From Bdellovibrionales bacterium (GTDB lineage Bacteria; Bdellovibrionota; Bdellovibrionia; Bdellovibrionales; JAGQZY01), in contig CAXRHT010000002.1 of the NCBI GenBank assembly GCA_964230645.1, positions 1,824,001-1,888,000 of the forward strand: a stretch of DNA of 64,000 nucleotides, written 5' to 3'. Shown here piece after piece: positions 15,805 through 26,493 of the stretch (the stretch's first letter is position 1; the number at the start of each line of letters is the position of its first letter). The translations under genes were made by a program, and so were the position numbers. The notes below the pieces were generated by a model. It did no database searches and was not told the origin of the DNA. It worked only from the letters and a program-made list of their open reading frames with translations.

Positions 15805-16906
15805 AGTAAACCTCTTTTATAAATAAGATAGCAAATATAGGAATGGATAAGGGTACGACAATCGATAAAGCGAGACTCATACTTTTAAGCAAATGATTCT
15901 CGAGATAAAGAAACTTAATCATTAAAATATATACCCAAAAAACGAGGAGAATAATTGGGACCACCAAAACTTCGATATTTATCTTTATGGGTAGAAATAA
16001 AAGAGTTGTGGTTACTAGGACCCAAAAAACTAAAGAAGTGCCAAACCAAAAGAGGAGATCTGTTTTAAACCCCCAATGCTTAAATTTGTAAGTGACGTTT
16101 GCTAACCCCTTGTAAGCTTCGGTATTGATAGCTAAAGCTGTACCTACAAGAGGAAGATAAGGTAACAACAAATAAAATAGTGGTGATTCCGGCGCTTGAT
16201 TGACAAGATAAAAGAGAACTCCCATAGATGTGACCAAAGAGTAGAAAAGAGCGAGTATGAAATACCTTCGGTTTTTCCTACTAATATAAAGAAGACTGAG
16301 TCTTCGAATGGCATGAGCCTTATTTTTCAGTTTGGTCTTCTCTTTTTTCGCTCCTTGAAGATTGGCTCTATACCCTTTCCCCCTACTTTCCTTTTTAATA
16401 AGGGGAACGAGGAGCGAGAAAAAAATAAACATTATAGAGGCTGCAAGCAAAGTTATGCCATTGGCTTGTAGCTGGACAAGTGGGATAAAGCTTACAAAAA
16501 AGAATACCAGATGAGAGGCGACTAAAAGCTTTAAAACCCGAGTTTGATAAATTTTCTCGTGGCTCGACAGACAGTCTTCTAAAAAGTGATCATCGTAGAC
16601 GAGCTTTGGATATATATAATAGACAAGAACCAGAGTTGCCAGAGCGGCTGTAGACAGATAAGGATTGAAAACTCCTAAGATCAAGCCCGGTTGATTCAGA
16701 GTTTTATAAAATACAAAGAGGATCAACTGGCAAATCGATAGGAAAGTGAAAACTTGAGTTCCTTCTTTTTTTAGGAAGTTTTTTACCATCTTGAAATAAA
16801 AATAGTTTAAGGCTTTTTGAGATGACTCTTGATACACCTTTAAACTCCTACCTGACAGCTTGCTAACTCGGAAGCTGTCTTTCGTTAGGTCGCTAAAAAT
16901 GGCCAC
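15791..16906 (-). CDS. Putative ABC exporter permease
   Basis: Multiple TM segments; overlaps ATPase gene; start uncertain. Confidence 0.65.
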   Translation of the reverse strand: MAIFSDLTKDSFRVSKLSGRSLKVYQESSQKALNYFYFKMVKNFLKKEGTQVFTFLSICQLILFVFYKTLNQPGLILGVFNPYLSTAALATLVLVYYIYPKLVYDDHFLEDCLSSHEKIYQTRVLKLLVASHLVFFFVSFIPLVQLQANGITLLAASIMFIFFSLLVPLIKKESRGKGYRANLQGAKKEKTKLKNKAHAIRRLSLLYISRKNRRYFILALFYSLVTSMGVLFYLVNQAPESPLFYLLLPYLPLVGTALAINTEAYKGLANVTYKFKHWGFKTDLLFWFGTSLVFWVLVTTTLLFLPIKINIEVLVVPIILLVFWVYILMIKFLYLENHLLKSMSLALSIVVPLSIPIFAILFIKEVYYGES

Positions 16907-17025
16907 CCATCGGTCTCAACTCTATCTGACCCAGCGCCTTCATAGAGGTGGTTTATTCTGCCTGCTTGACCTAGGATTGAAACCTCATCATATTACAAAA
17001 AGAAAAGGATGGAATGTAAAGAGCC

Positions 17026-17886
17026 ATGGCCAAAAATATCAACCTTGCCTTCTTAGACGAAAAAGATCCAGAACTTGACGGATGGAAAGACCTTTTGAAC
17101 TCTTCTTACAAAGAAGGTTCTATTTCTTATTTTTCTTTAGAAAACCTCCCAAAAGAGGGACGAAATGTGGTTTTAGTCTCCGGTGGCGATGGCAGCTTAA
17201 ACCACGGCATTAATAAGCTGATGGAGCTTGAGAAAAACGACTCGATTGAAATCCTTTACTTTCCGGGCGGCACCGGAAATGACTTCTCTCGTGCTGTGGG
17301 TCTTTACCAACGCAGCCAAGAAGAAGTCGCCAACCTTCTCAATCGCCAGGAGTCCACACCCATGCATGTGGCTAAAATGGATGAAAAGTATTTTGTAAAC
17401 ATGGGAAGCTTTGGAATCTTTGCAGAGGTCACCCCTGAGGTTGATCCCGATTTAAAAGGTTTTTTTGGTTGTTGGAGCTATTATTTTAAAGGTTTTGAAC
17501 TTTTAACAGAACTTCGAACCCTAGAGATTGATTTTGAATTAGAGGAAGAAACTCTTTCGGAAAAAAAGTGCCTTGGTTTCTTTGTGGCTAATAGTCGCTT
17601 TTCTGGAGGTGGTATTCAAATCACTTCTAAAGCTTCACCCTACACTCCCACTCTTGATTTAGTTATTATTCGAGAAGCTCCTTTGACAGAACTCGTGCGA
17701 CTAGGACTAGAGTTGCAAAAAGAAACTCCTGAGCTTGATGAATTTGATATTGTTTATAAACAAGTAAAAGAGTTGAGTTTTAAATCAAATCAAAAGGTTT
17801 CTATGTCTTTAGATGGTGAGAATTTCTCTAAAAAATCGGGAAAAATCCGCATGAGTCGAGGGAAAATTCGCCTTATCCTCCCCTAA
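17026..17886 (+). CDS. Diacylglycerol kinase family lipid kinase (YegS-like)
   Basis: GGDGS, PGGTGNDF, FVNMGSFG, NSRFSGGG, LDGE. Confidence 0.9.
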   Translation: MAKNINLAFLDEKDPELDGWKDLLNSSYKEGSISYFSLENLPKEGRNVVLVSGGDGSLNHGINKLMELEKNDSIEILYFPGGTGNDFSRAVGLYQRSQEEVANLLNRQESTPMHVAKMDEKYFVNMGSFGIFAEVTPEVDPDLKGFFGCWSYYFKGFELLTELRTLEIDFELEEETLSEKKCLGFFVANSRFSGGGIQITSKASPYTPTLDLVIIREAPLTELVRLGLELQKETPELDEFDIVYKQVKELSFKSNQKVSMSLDGENFSKKSGKIRMSRGKIRLILP

Positions 17887-18039
17887 TCCTCTCATAATCC
17901 TTCCTTATTCTAGGTATTTAGGATTGTTGTTAACTTTAAACATTAAATAGAAGAACCGGAAAAGTTTTTTCCTGGGCTTCGCAATAAATTAGAAAATGTA
18001 GAAAGTAATAAGAGTTAACAATTTTGAAAGGAGTTAATT

Positions 18040-18216
18040 ATGTTAAATTGGGCACTCATGTTTTTCATTATTGCCATCGTCGCTGCTATTTTTGGTTTCG
18101 GCGGAATTGCTGGATCAGCTGCAGGAATTGCGAAGTTTCTATTTTTCGCTTTTGTTGTGCTTTTTGCCATCTCACTAATTTTTAACTTAGCCAGAGGCGG
18201 CAAGTCCAAATTGTGA
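18040..18216 (+). CDS. DUF1328 (YtjA-like) small membrane protein, 58 aa, absent from ORF track
   Basis: [44 protein letters not shown]. Confidence 0.92.
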   Translation: MLNWALMFFIIAIVAAIFGFGGIAGSAAGIAKFLFFAFVVLFAISLIFNLARGGKSKL

Positions 18217-18346
18217 TTAATGAGGTCAAATTCCTCAAATCACTACATTTAACGTTTATAAGCGGGGGAAATTTTTCAATTTCCTCTTGCTATTTATAAG
18301 CCCTGCAAGTGATGATAAGGGCTAAACAATATAAGGAGTAGCAACA

Positions 18347-18562
18347 ATGACAAACTATAGACTATGGATTTCTCGATCGACTAAGCTTGTAGCCGCCTTA
18401 ATGATGGCTTTCTCTCTGTCAGCCTGTTGGGAAAGCGATGCTGAAAACGCCGCCGAAGACGTTGGTGAGCAAGTTGAAGAAACAACAGAAGATATGGGCG
18501 AAGGCATGGAAGATGCCGCTGAGTCTGTTGAAGACAGCGCCGAAGATACAATGGACCACTAA
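18347..18562 (+). CDS. Small acidic lipoprotein (stress-protein-like)
   Basis: Lipobox LSAC; repeated AAED/VEE helical units; AAGGAG RBS. Confidence 0.8.
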   Translation: MTNYRLWISRSTKLVAALMMAFSLSACWESDAENAAEDVGEQVEETTEDMGEGMEDAAESVEDSAEDTMDH

Positions 18563-18607
18563 GGTACCGTGTAAGTATCTAATATCATAAAAGACTTTAT
18601 TATCTCG

Positions 18608-18637
18608 AAAGGCTCTAATTTTAATTAGGGCCTTTTT
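18608..18637 (+). terminator. Intrinsic terminator
   Basis: AAAGGCTCTAATT-tt-AATTAGGGCCTTT followed by T. Confidence 0.75.
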
Positions 18638-18739
18638 AGTTTTTACATTTGCCTCAGTAATAATTTTAGAATTTCAGCAATAATTTTACTTCAATAAGGA
18701 ATCTCTCTAGGACTTAGAAAAAATGACTAGAGGGGTCCA

Positions 18740-19903
18740 ATGAAATTATTATCATTTATTCTCGTTTTAATTCTTTTCACACAATCAGCATTTGCAGGAG
18801 AGAGAGATCTTCGTTTTGCTAGAGCTTGTGATCGTGGAACCGAAATCACCATTTCCGCCGTAGGTGACCTTCTTCTTCACGGCCCACTCCAAAGACAAGC
18901 TTATTCTTCTGAGTATGGGTTTAGAAGTCTGTGGTCAGAAGCCATTCCCTACTTCAATCAGGCCGACGTCTCTTACGCTAATCTTGAGGGACCTGTGGCC
19001 GATGGTGTTCAGTGTAACGGAGCAAGAACCGATCGCGACAATCCCGTTCTTGGTTCTGATTGCAGAAAGTCCCGCTCATCTGTTTACACAAGCTACCCGC
19101 GCTTTAACTATCACTCCATGCTGGTTGATGATCTCAAACAAAGTGGAATTGATTTTGTTTCAACCGCTAACAATCACTCTCTTGATCGATTCTCAAATGG
19201 AGCCGATGCTACCATCGAAGCCCTTGAAAGAGGTGGTCTTCCTTTTGCGGGAACAAGAGAAAGTAATAGCTCCTCCCGCCCATTTTATGAGATCACTCGG
19301 GTGCGAGGAAAAAATATTGCTTGGATTTCATGTACCTATGGAACCAATGGAATTCCTGATAATAATAATCAGGTTCTCAATTGCTTCTCTGGTGACCAAG
19401 TCACTGGTCTTGTTTCAGGCCTTCGCAATCAAGTGGATGCTGTGATCGTAACGCCTCATTGGGGTAACGAGTACCAATCCTCTCCGAACTCAAGACAGCG
19501 TGATTATGCTCGTCGTTGGCTCAACGCAGGAGCGACAGCAATTATTGGAGCGCACCCTCACGTTGTTCAACCTTGGGAAAAATTTGTTACAAGCGATGGA
19601 AGAGAGACTCTGATCGTTTATTCTCTTGGAAACTTTGTCAGTAACCAGCAGTCCTTTAACAAAAAAGCCACGATCGTTCTTTTCGTAGGATTAACGATTG
19701 GACGTGGTGAAGCCTGGGTGAACGGAGTTCGTTACGCTCCAGCTTATATGGCTCGCACTAACTCTGGAAGACGTCTTTTTGTAAGCTCCATTTTTGGAAG
19801 TTCTGTGGAAGATGATGTCGTGCCTTATATGAATCGCTTTTTTGGAAGTGAGCGCATTGTTTATCCCGACGAGCGAGTTGTAACCAACGCTGAGTGCCGC
19901 TAG
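18740..19903 (+). CDS. CapA family metallophosphatase-fold protein, secreted
   Basis: VGDLLLH, NLEGP, ANNHSLD, PHWGNEY, GAHPHVVQ, YSLGNFVS. Confidence 0.9.
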   Translation: MKLLSFILVLILFTQSAFAGERDLRFARACDRGTEITISAVGDLLLHGPLQRQAYSSEYGFRSLWSEAIPYFNQADVSYANLEGPVADGVQCNGARTDRDNPVLGSDCRKSRSSVYTSYPRFNYHSMLVDDLKQSGIDFVSTANNHSLDRFSNGADATIEALERGGLPFAGTRESNSSSRPFYEITRVRGKNIAWISCTYGTNGIPDNNNQVLNCFSGDQVTGLVSGLRNQVDAVIVTPHWGNEYQSSPNSRQRDYARRWLNAGATAIIGAHPHVVQPWEKFVTSDGRETLIVYSLGNFVSNQQSFNKKATIVLFVGLTIGRGEAWVNGVRYAPAYMARTNSGRRLFVSSIFGSSVEDDVVPYMNRFFGSERIVYPDERVVTNAECR

Positions 19904-21102
19904 TAAAAAGGAAAGTGGTCTCCTGAGACCCTTTCCCAGTCCCAAATCCCTAAAGTTAAAAAATAGCAGTACATAAAGGCCACCATCGGGGTGGCCGTTG
20001 TTGTTGAGATCACCGAGAGAATCGGCCAGGCGCTTAAAAGTAGAAATAATAGAATAAATGGCAGAGTCATTCTGTATTCTTTTTGAACCACAAAATATTT
20101 CACTAAAATAATCATTCCCCAGATAAAGAAAGTAATTAAAAATCCTCGCATGAACATATTCTGAGAAAGACGTGCGGCCATTATAATAGACACTAGGTGC
20201 ATGGCCTTTTTGAAATAAGTCTTGAATACAAATGAGGAGTCCTCATCAAGAAACTTCCAGTAAAAGCTTTTTACAAAACTTAAGTACTCATCGGACATAA
20301 ACTCGTAAGCCCCTCCCCTTGTGACCACGAAATTATAGAGCTGCTGATCGCTTTTAGGAATTCTATAGTCATTCTCATATTGCCCAAGTCCTTTAAGTAG
20401 GCTGTGCCAATGAGGGAGGGCCGACTCTGGCTTTTCACCCACTTTCTCAATTTGTTGGATTTTTGTAATAGCCTGTGCGATTTGATCGTTTTTTAGGGTT
20501 CTAAAATAATAGAGAGGGCCTAACAATATTAATAGACAAGCGATCTTTGGAGCCATTCTCTGTTCCGAAAAAAGACATAGAAATAGTGCTAAAAGGTAAA
20601 AACCTCCTCCGTAGACCCAAGAAACATAAAAACAAAAACAGCCAAGCAATGAAAGTGGTATAAATAAAACAATAGGTAAGACATTTTTCCTTGAACGCAG
20701 AATCCAAAGAAACAGTGGAAAAGTGGAAGATATCCAGAAAATGGCCACCTGTCTTGGATCATCATTTATAAATACAAAAAAAGAAAGAAGCCCACCCGAA
20801 GTGAATAAATAAATTAACTTATGAAACATTCCTTTAAAAAAAAAGATCACTCCAAATAAAATCAAAAGTAGGCTTAATACCGTGAGACCAATAAAAAGAT
20901 AGCTTAAGGCCTCCTGGGTGTTACAACCCATATATTCTGTTATTTTTGGAACAATCCAGTGCAGTCCCAGATCTGAGGTGCCATGGCCGGCTAAGGATAA
21001 ATCCGTGCCCTTTTGAGCAACCAATGCCGTGTTGGTGCGCTCATACCCTCGCACGACGGATTCTAATTCTGCTGTGATACTTGGTTCAAAAGTCAGGAGC
21101 AT
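19900..21102 (-). CDS. Hypothetical polytopic membrane protein
   Basis: About 10 hydrophobic segments with a soluble loop. Confidence 0.65.
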   Translation of the reverse strand: MLLTFEPSITAELESVVRGYERTNTALVAQKGTDLSLAGHGTSDLGLHWIVPKITEYMGCNTQEALSYLFIGLTVLSLLLILFGVIFFFKGMFHKLIYLFTSGGLLSFFVFINDDPRQVAIFWISSTFPLFLWILRSRKNVLPIVLFIPLSLLGCFCFYVSWVYGGGFYLLALFLCLFSEQRMAPKIACLLILLGPLYYFRTLKNDQIAQAITKIQQIEKVGEKPESALPHWHSLLKGLGQYENDYRIPKSDQQLYNFVVTRGGAYEFMSDEYLSFVKSFYWKFLDEDSSFVFKTYFKKAMHLVSIIMAARLSQNMFMRGFLITFFIWGMIILVKYFVVQKEYRMTLPFILLFLLLSAWPILSVISTTTATPMVAFMYCYFLTLGIWDWERVSGDHFPFY

Positions 21103-21159
21103 GAGAAAACTCCTGAACGAGATATACCTTTAAATTTGAGATGAATACTTCTATAAGGC

Positions 21160-21678
21160 TTAAGCCTGCTTTTTTCTAAGCTCTTCAACATTGTCGGCAT
21201 TTTCTGCTGGCTGCTCTTGAAACTTCTTGCTGTTAGCGACTTGTGCATCAGGCTTTACCGTTTTTATCAATTCGTTGAAAGAGTTTTCAAAATCTTTAAA
21301 GTAGTCATTGCGGCGAAGCTTTAAAAGACCTAACTCTTTTTTCTCCGTCATGATCTCAATGTCTTTTTTCATTCGGTAAATGGCCCCTACCGCATCGTGA
21401 CTGTATTTCAGGCCGAGCCAAACAAAAACCATGCTGGCTATAGCGATCCCAGAAAGAATTGTCACGTAGACAAAGGTTTCTTCCATTCGCAAGGATTCGT
21501 AAAAAGGATGGCCCTCTTTGATTCCTGCTTTTTCTGCTACCGACTTTACGTTTTCAAGTAGGCCAAAGCCTAAAAGGGCAAAGACTCCCCCTTGAAACAA
21601 GGTGATGCCAGCAAAAATTTGTAGCATTTTTGATTGATATTCCGAATTACTAAAAAAGGATTGTGTTTTTCTGCTCAT
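21160..21678 (-). CDS. Hypothetical 2-TM protein with HAMP-like segment
   Basis: Start MSRK; two TMs; SHDAVGAIYR...LRRND. Confidence 0.65.
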   Translation of the reverse strand: MSRKTQSFFSNSEYQSKMLQIFAGITLFQGGVFALLGFGLLENVKSVAEKAGIKEGHPFYESLRMEETFVYVTILSGIAIASMVFVWLGLKYSHDAVGAIYRMKKDIEIMTEKKELGLLKLRRNDYFKDFENSFNELIKTVKPDAQVANSKKFQEQPAENADNVEELRKKQA

Positions 21679-21803
21679 GGATAAATCATAATTTTTATTT
21701 CCTAGGGCTTCCACGGCGAAAACAACAATCTGGTCTAAGATAGATAAGCCTAAAGGCAGGTTCAAAAATTAGTATATTTGTTCTTTGTCTGAAAAATGCA
21801 ATT

Positions 21804-21831
21804 ATATCGGGAAAATAGGCCTACCCTTTTA
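21804..21831 (-). promoter_or_regulatory. Sigma28-type promoter
   Basis: TAAAA-N15-CCCGATAT on minus strand. Confidence 0.45.
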
Positions 21832-21864
21832 TTCGGTAGACCTTTTTCTAGATTTTTATGTCGT

Positions 21865-23463
21865 CTAAGTAGATTTAGGATCGACTCGAAAATGAAGGGT
21901 TGGATTTTCCTTCTTATTGTCGTAGACCTCAATAAGGTTCAACTTTATATTACGTTTTTTAGCGTTGACCTCAAAGTTCTCGATAATATCGATGACATCT
22001 TGGTGAATATAATAAGTCTTAGATGCATCGATTGTAACTTCACGTCCATCAGGTATCCCATTTAGCAATTTTTTAAGACTGGCCTTTTTCAAAAACGAAA
22101 CATCTTCTGACAGTTCAATATATATGTGTCCTTCTTTTTTAATCTCTTCGTCCACGATAATTGGAATGCGGTAATTGTTTTTGAGAATGAAAAAGACGGC
22201 CACGGCAAATCCAAGACACACTCCTGTTAAGAGGTCCGTAAAAACAAGACCAAGAATTGTGGTTATAAAAGGAATAAATTGTCCAATTCCCTGAGCATAG
22301 GTTTTTTTGAAAAGTGAAGGTTTAGCCAGCTTAAAACCAACAACAAATAATATAGCGGCAAGAGTGGCTAAGGGAATCATATTGAGAATTCCCGGAATAG
22401 TTAAGACCGTGAGTACAATGATAAAACCATGAATGATAGCTGAGAGCTTTGTTTTACCCCCAGCTTGAACGTTGGTTGAACTTCGAATGATCACCTGGGT
22501 GATTGGAAGCCCTCCTATTAATCCGGAGACGATATTTCCAACCCCTTGTGCTTTTAGCTCACGGTTAGTCGGTGTCACTCTTTTTTCAGGGTCTTGCTTA
22601 TCACTAGCATCCACACAAAGGAGAGTCTCAAGAGATCCGACGATCGCTAGAACAACTCCCACAACGTAAATGTCGGGATTGCTTAAACCTTTGAAGTTAG
22701 GAAAAGTAATATTGGCTTTTAGTTCAGAGATTGATTGGCTAATTGGAATGTTGACCACCTGCTCCTGAATGAGTGCCAAAGATCCCATGCCTTCAAAAAT
22801 TTTGTTGAGAATAACACCTGCAACTACTGCCACAAGCGGCCCTTGAATAAGAGTGAAGATCTTATGCTTTTTCATAAGCACCATTTCCCAAAGAATAAGA
22901 ATTCCTAAAGAAACAGCACATATGATCATGGGCCCAGGACTGAGGAAATCCATCGCCTTACCTAATTCCGAAAATGTATTCTCGTGATCAAGCTGTATGA
23001 AATTTAAATCTCCCTCGTAATCCGCATCATAACCGACAGCATGGGGAATTTGTTTTAAGAAGATGATGACCCCAATCCCAGCAAGCATTCCGTTAATAAC
23101 AGCGTTAGGAAAATAGTGAGATATGATACCCGCTTTAAGAAAACCCATCGCAATTTGAAGAATCCCAGCGAATATCACAGCGACTAAAAAAACTTCAAAA
23201 GAGCCTAGATCTTGAATCGCTGAGGCGACAATAACCGCAAGCCCCGCGGCCGGCCCACTCACTCCCAGTGAAGATCCACTCAAAGATCCTACAATGATCC
23301 CCCCCACAGCTCCTGCAATAAGACCTGAGAAAAGAGGGGCTCCAGAGGCAAGCGCAATCCCCAAACAGAGGGGCATAGCGACAAGAAACACCACAATGGA
23401 AGCTGGTAAATCATTTTTCAAATGGCCGAACATCGACAATTCATTTTTAGATGCCAATTTCAC
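21865..23463 (-). CDS. SulP family inorganic anion transporter
   Basis: VVFLVAMPLCLGIALASG, VSGPAAGL, NRELKAQG; STAS-like C-terminus. Confidence 0.93.
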   Translation of the reverse strand: MKLASKNELSMFGHLKNDLPASIVVFLVAMPLCLGIALASGAPLFSGLIAGAVGGIIVGSLSGSSLGVSGPAAGLAVIVASAIQDLGSFEVFLVAVIFAGILQIAMGFLKAGIISHYFPNAVINGMLAGIGVIIFLKQIPHAVGYDADYEGDLNFIQLDHENTFSELGKAMDFLSPGPMIICAVSLGILILWEMVLMKKHKIFTLIQGPLVAVVAGVILNKIFEGMGSLALIQEQVVNIPISQSISELKANITFPNFKGLSNPDIYVVGVVLAIVGSLETLLCVDASDKQDPEKRVTPTNRELKAQGVGNIVSGLIGGLPITQVIIRSSTNVQAGGKTKLSAIIHGFIIVLTVLTIPGILNMIPLATLAAILFVVGFKLAKPSLFKKTYAQGIGQFIPFITTILGLVFTDLLTGVCLGFAVAVFFILKNNYRIPIIVDEEIKKEGHIYIELSEDVSFLKKASLKKLLNGIPDGREVTIDASKTYYIHQDVIDIIENFEVNAKKRNIKLNLIEVYDNKKENPTLHFRVDPKST

Positions 23464-23617
23464 TCTCCTACTTTTAATTTCGGTTCATTATATTTAATTT
23501 ACCTTCTTTTTAAATAAGCTATTTTGACCTCATTTCCCTCGTACTTCAAGGAGAAGAGGAGGCCATCCTATCAACTTCTCTCTACCATTGGATCAGACTG
23601 AATAAAATTATATGGCA

Positions 23618-24991
23618 CTACAGATCAAAAATTTTTCCTGGGTTCATGATCCCATTCGGATCAAATAAAGCCTTAATGGATCTCATGAGGTCGATTTCCT
23701 CTTTAGCCCTAGAGAATCCTAGGAAATCTTTTTTGAGTTGCCCCACTCCGTGCTCGGCACTGATGGAACCTTTGTATTTCGAGACCACAGAAAAGAGGAT
23801 CTTATCACTTTCTTTGCACTTTTTAATAAACTCTGATTTTTCCATCCCTTCTGGCTTTAGAATATCGATATGAAGGTTACCATCACCGATATGGCCAAAC
23901 CAAGCGACACCAAAATCGGGATATTGGGACTTATAGGCCTGTTCGATTTCTTCGGCAAACTGGGGGATGAGAGAAGTTCGGACAGAAACATCGTTTCGAT
24001 AAGGACTCATGGGGCTTAAGGACTCACTAATAAATTCCCTCAGATTCCACAAATCTTTTCTCTGGGTAGGAGATTGACTAATGACACCATCGCTAATCCA
24101 CCCCTCTTCAAAACAATGCTCAAAAAGCTCTGAGAGAGACTCGGAAATATCTTCATCCTCATGCTCGACCTCAAGGAGGAGGTAAAAAGGAACTTTTGTG
24201 GCAAAAGGGGGATTGAGATCATGCATCTCTACAACTTTGTCTAAGGCAAACTGAGAAAACACTTCGCAAGCCGATAGTTGAGTGTTCTTTTTAAAATGAT
24301 GATAAACATCAATGACTTTTTTAAGCTCCTCTATCCCGACAACAATCACACTTGTGTTTTTAGCCGGTCTTGTCACCCGCAGTTCTATCTCAGTGATAAA
24401 GCCTAAAGTGCCTTCACTCCCCACAAAGAGATTTTTTAAATCATAGCCTGTGGCATTTTTTACTAAGCTTTTACCAAGGTAAAGACTCTCGCCTTTTCCG
24501 GTTACCACTTTTAATCCTGAGACCCAGTTTCTCATCATGCCGTAGCGTAGAACTCTAAGGCCACCAGCGTTGGTCGCCACATTACCTCCAATTTGACTGG
24601 AGCCTTTAGCGGCAAGATCGATTGGGAAAAAATAGCCTTTCTCCTCGACGTATTGATGAAGCTCTTCGGTAATAACACCGGGCTGGACCGTTACAATTTG
24701 ATCAACTTCATTCCAATCAAGGATCTTATTCATCTTCTCCATTGAAACGACCAACTCTTTATTACTCGCAGTGGCTGCGGAACTAAGCCCGGTTCTTCCA
24801 CCAGAAGGGACGAGGGAAACTTTTTCCTCATTGGCCCACCTTATTATTTTCTTCACCTCTTCAGGCGTTTCGGGAAAAACCACACCCACTGGATCAGCTG
24901 GAAAATTCATGGACCAGTCTTTGCCGTACTTTGAGAGAAGATCTTCTTGATCGTGAAATTCGGTAATTTCTTTTAGCTTTTCAAGATTCAT
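23618..24991 (-). CDS. FAD-linked oxidase (GlcD/D-lactate dehydrogenase family)
   Basis: PSGGRTGLS, IGGNVATNAGG, GSEGTLG, GHIGDGNLH, ISAEHGVG, NPGK. Confidence 0.92.
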   Translation of the reverse strand: MNLEKLKEITEFHDQEDLLSKYGKDWSMNFPADPVGVVFPETPEEVKKIIRWANEEKVSLVPSGGRTGLSSAATASNKELVVSMEKMNKILDWNEVDQIVTVQPGVITEELHQYVEEKGYFFPIDLAAKGSSQIGGNVATNAGGLRVLRYGMMRNWVSGLKVVTGKGESLYLGKSLVKNATGYDLKNLFVGSEGTLGFITEIELRVTRPAKNTSVIVVGIEELKKVIDVYHHFKKNTQLSACEVFSQFALDKVVEMHDLNPPFATKVPFYLLLEVEHEDEDISESLSELFEHCFEEGWISDGVISQSPTQRKDLWNLREFISESLSPMSPYRNDVSVRTSLIPQFAEEIEQAYKSQYPDFGVAWFGHIGDGNLHIDILKPEGMEKSEFIKKCKESDKILFSVVSKYKGSISAEHGVGQLKKDFLGFSRAKEEIDLMRSIKALFDPNGIMNPGKIFDL

Positions 24992-26493
24992 AGCTTTTTC
25001 CTTATCTCTTCAAGAACCCTTTGAACCACTGGGGTTTGGTTGAGTGCTTCGTTTTTATGTTTGTAGATCAAATGCACGATTTCTAAATAGTCTGACTGTT
25101 TGCCCTCTTCTTTGAGGAGATATTGTACATAGCGGGCGGCGCGGTCGACAAGCTTCCCGTTGGTGGGTTTTACCCAAGTCATAACGTTTGACTGATAACG
25201 ACCCATCTTACCCATTAGTAAAGTAGAGTGAGTGTTGAGGAGTAATTTTAACAGCGTGTTCACACCAATGCTTGAATTCATCGATATGGGCCAGTCCTCT
25301 TCTAAACCTGCCAAGGACCAGTGTAAAATTTGTTTTTTATAAAATATTTCAAAGAGGTACTGACGTTTATAATCGAGTCTTTCTTCACGGTTTTCCACAG
25401 CCTGGCGACTAAAATCAAAACTTTCCAGATAGTCTCTGTTTGTTCTTGGGTCATTAGTCCAAGCGAGTGCTTTTGGAGCTCTACCAATGAGGTTTAACCA
25501 AGCCTCCTCTTTATCGCTTGCAGAAGGAACTAATATATAGCTTAAAGACGGTGTGCCTCCACTTTGAAAGTTTTCATTTTCAAAGGCCGGAAGACTAAAA
25601 GTGGGAGAGCGCTCGGTGCTATCGGTAAAAACGGTGAGAGCCAATTGGCGTGGCATATACATCGCGAACTCATTTTCCGTGTAGATAAAGTGCTCTTTTT
25701 CAATAAATGGCGCAAGCTTCTGGTAATTTAATTTTGAGAACTCTTCCATAAACTCTTGGTAAAGATGAGAGATCTCTTTGTTCCTCTCAAGAAGGCACCA
25801 ACCAATAGCAAGCTGCAACACTGTACTTGCCTGCATTCTCGTGCTTCCCGATAGTGCCATGGGACCTACAAAAAGTTCGACGGCGTTTACGTTTTTATTT
25901 TCAATAATTTGTTTTGAGCGTGGAATTCGGTGAGTGAGTTCATCAGTAGGATTACAATATAAAAAGAAGGCTTTTTGTTGAGAAATCCTTGCCGCAGCTT
26001 TTGTGGCTCCAATCACATAAGGGGTTTCCCCACCTTCACTCGATGCAATCAGAAGATCTTTTTCTCCAAAGCCTAATTCTATGAGATGTTTTTCACCCAG
26101 CTCTGGATAATCTTCAAAGCCTTCAAGAGAGTGCACAAGGGCCACATCCCCTCCAGCCATAAAGCCATGAACGCGGTCGGTTTGATACTTCTCACGCCAA
26201 AGAGATTCTAAAAGCAGAGAAAGACGCCCTGTCGCCCCACAGCCGCAGAGATAGATATCTCCACCTTGCTCTAGTGTTTTTGCAACACTCTCTTTTAAAG
26301 GTCTAAGTGATTCTAAAGAGCTCCCCAAGTATTTTAATGCCTGCAGATCTACAGATTTTAAAACTTTTAAGGCACCCGGAAGATCCTTTTGGGCCAATTG
26401 AGAGAGTCCCTGAGTCTCAGGATGAGGTTTTTCTGTTGGAAGCTCTCCTAATTGGAAATCTTCATAGCGCTTAAGAAATTCTTCTAGTTCCAC
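24988..26493 (-). CDS. SIS-domain protein, MurQ/glucokinase-regulator-like
   Basis: GCGATGRL, SSEGGETPYV, SGSTRMQA, TNGKLVDRA. Confidence 0.75.
   Translation of the reverse strand: MELEEFLKRYEDFQLGELPTEKPHPETQGLSQLAQKDLPGALKVLKSVDLQALKYLGSSLESLRPLKESVAKTLEQGGDIYLCGCGATGRLSLLLESLWREKYQTDRVHGFMAGGDVALVHSLEGFEDYPELGEKHLIELGFGEKDLLIASSEGGETPYVIGATKAAARISQQKAFFLYCNPTDELTHRIPRSKQIIENKNVNAVELFVGPMALSGSTRMQASTVLQLAIGWCLLERNKEISHLYQEFMEEFSKLNYQKLAPFIEKEHFIYTENEFAMYMPRQLALTVFTDSTERSPTFSLPAFENENFQSGGTPSLSYILVPSASDKEEAWLNLIGRAPKALAWTNDPRTNRDYLESFDFSRQAVENREERLDYKRQYLFEIFYKKQILHWSLAGLEEDWPISMNSSIGVNTLLKLLLNTHSTLLMGKMGRYQSNVMTWVKPTNGKLVDRAARYVQYLLKEEGKQSDYLEIVHLIYKHKNEALNQTPVVQRVLEEIRKKL

Noticed and set aside
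18015..18209. 64-aa minus-strand ORF
   Set aside because: Antisense shadow of the DUF1328 gene
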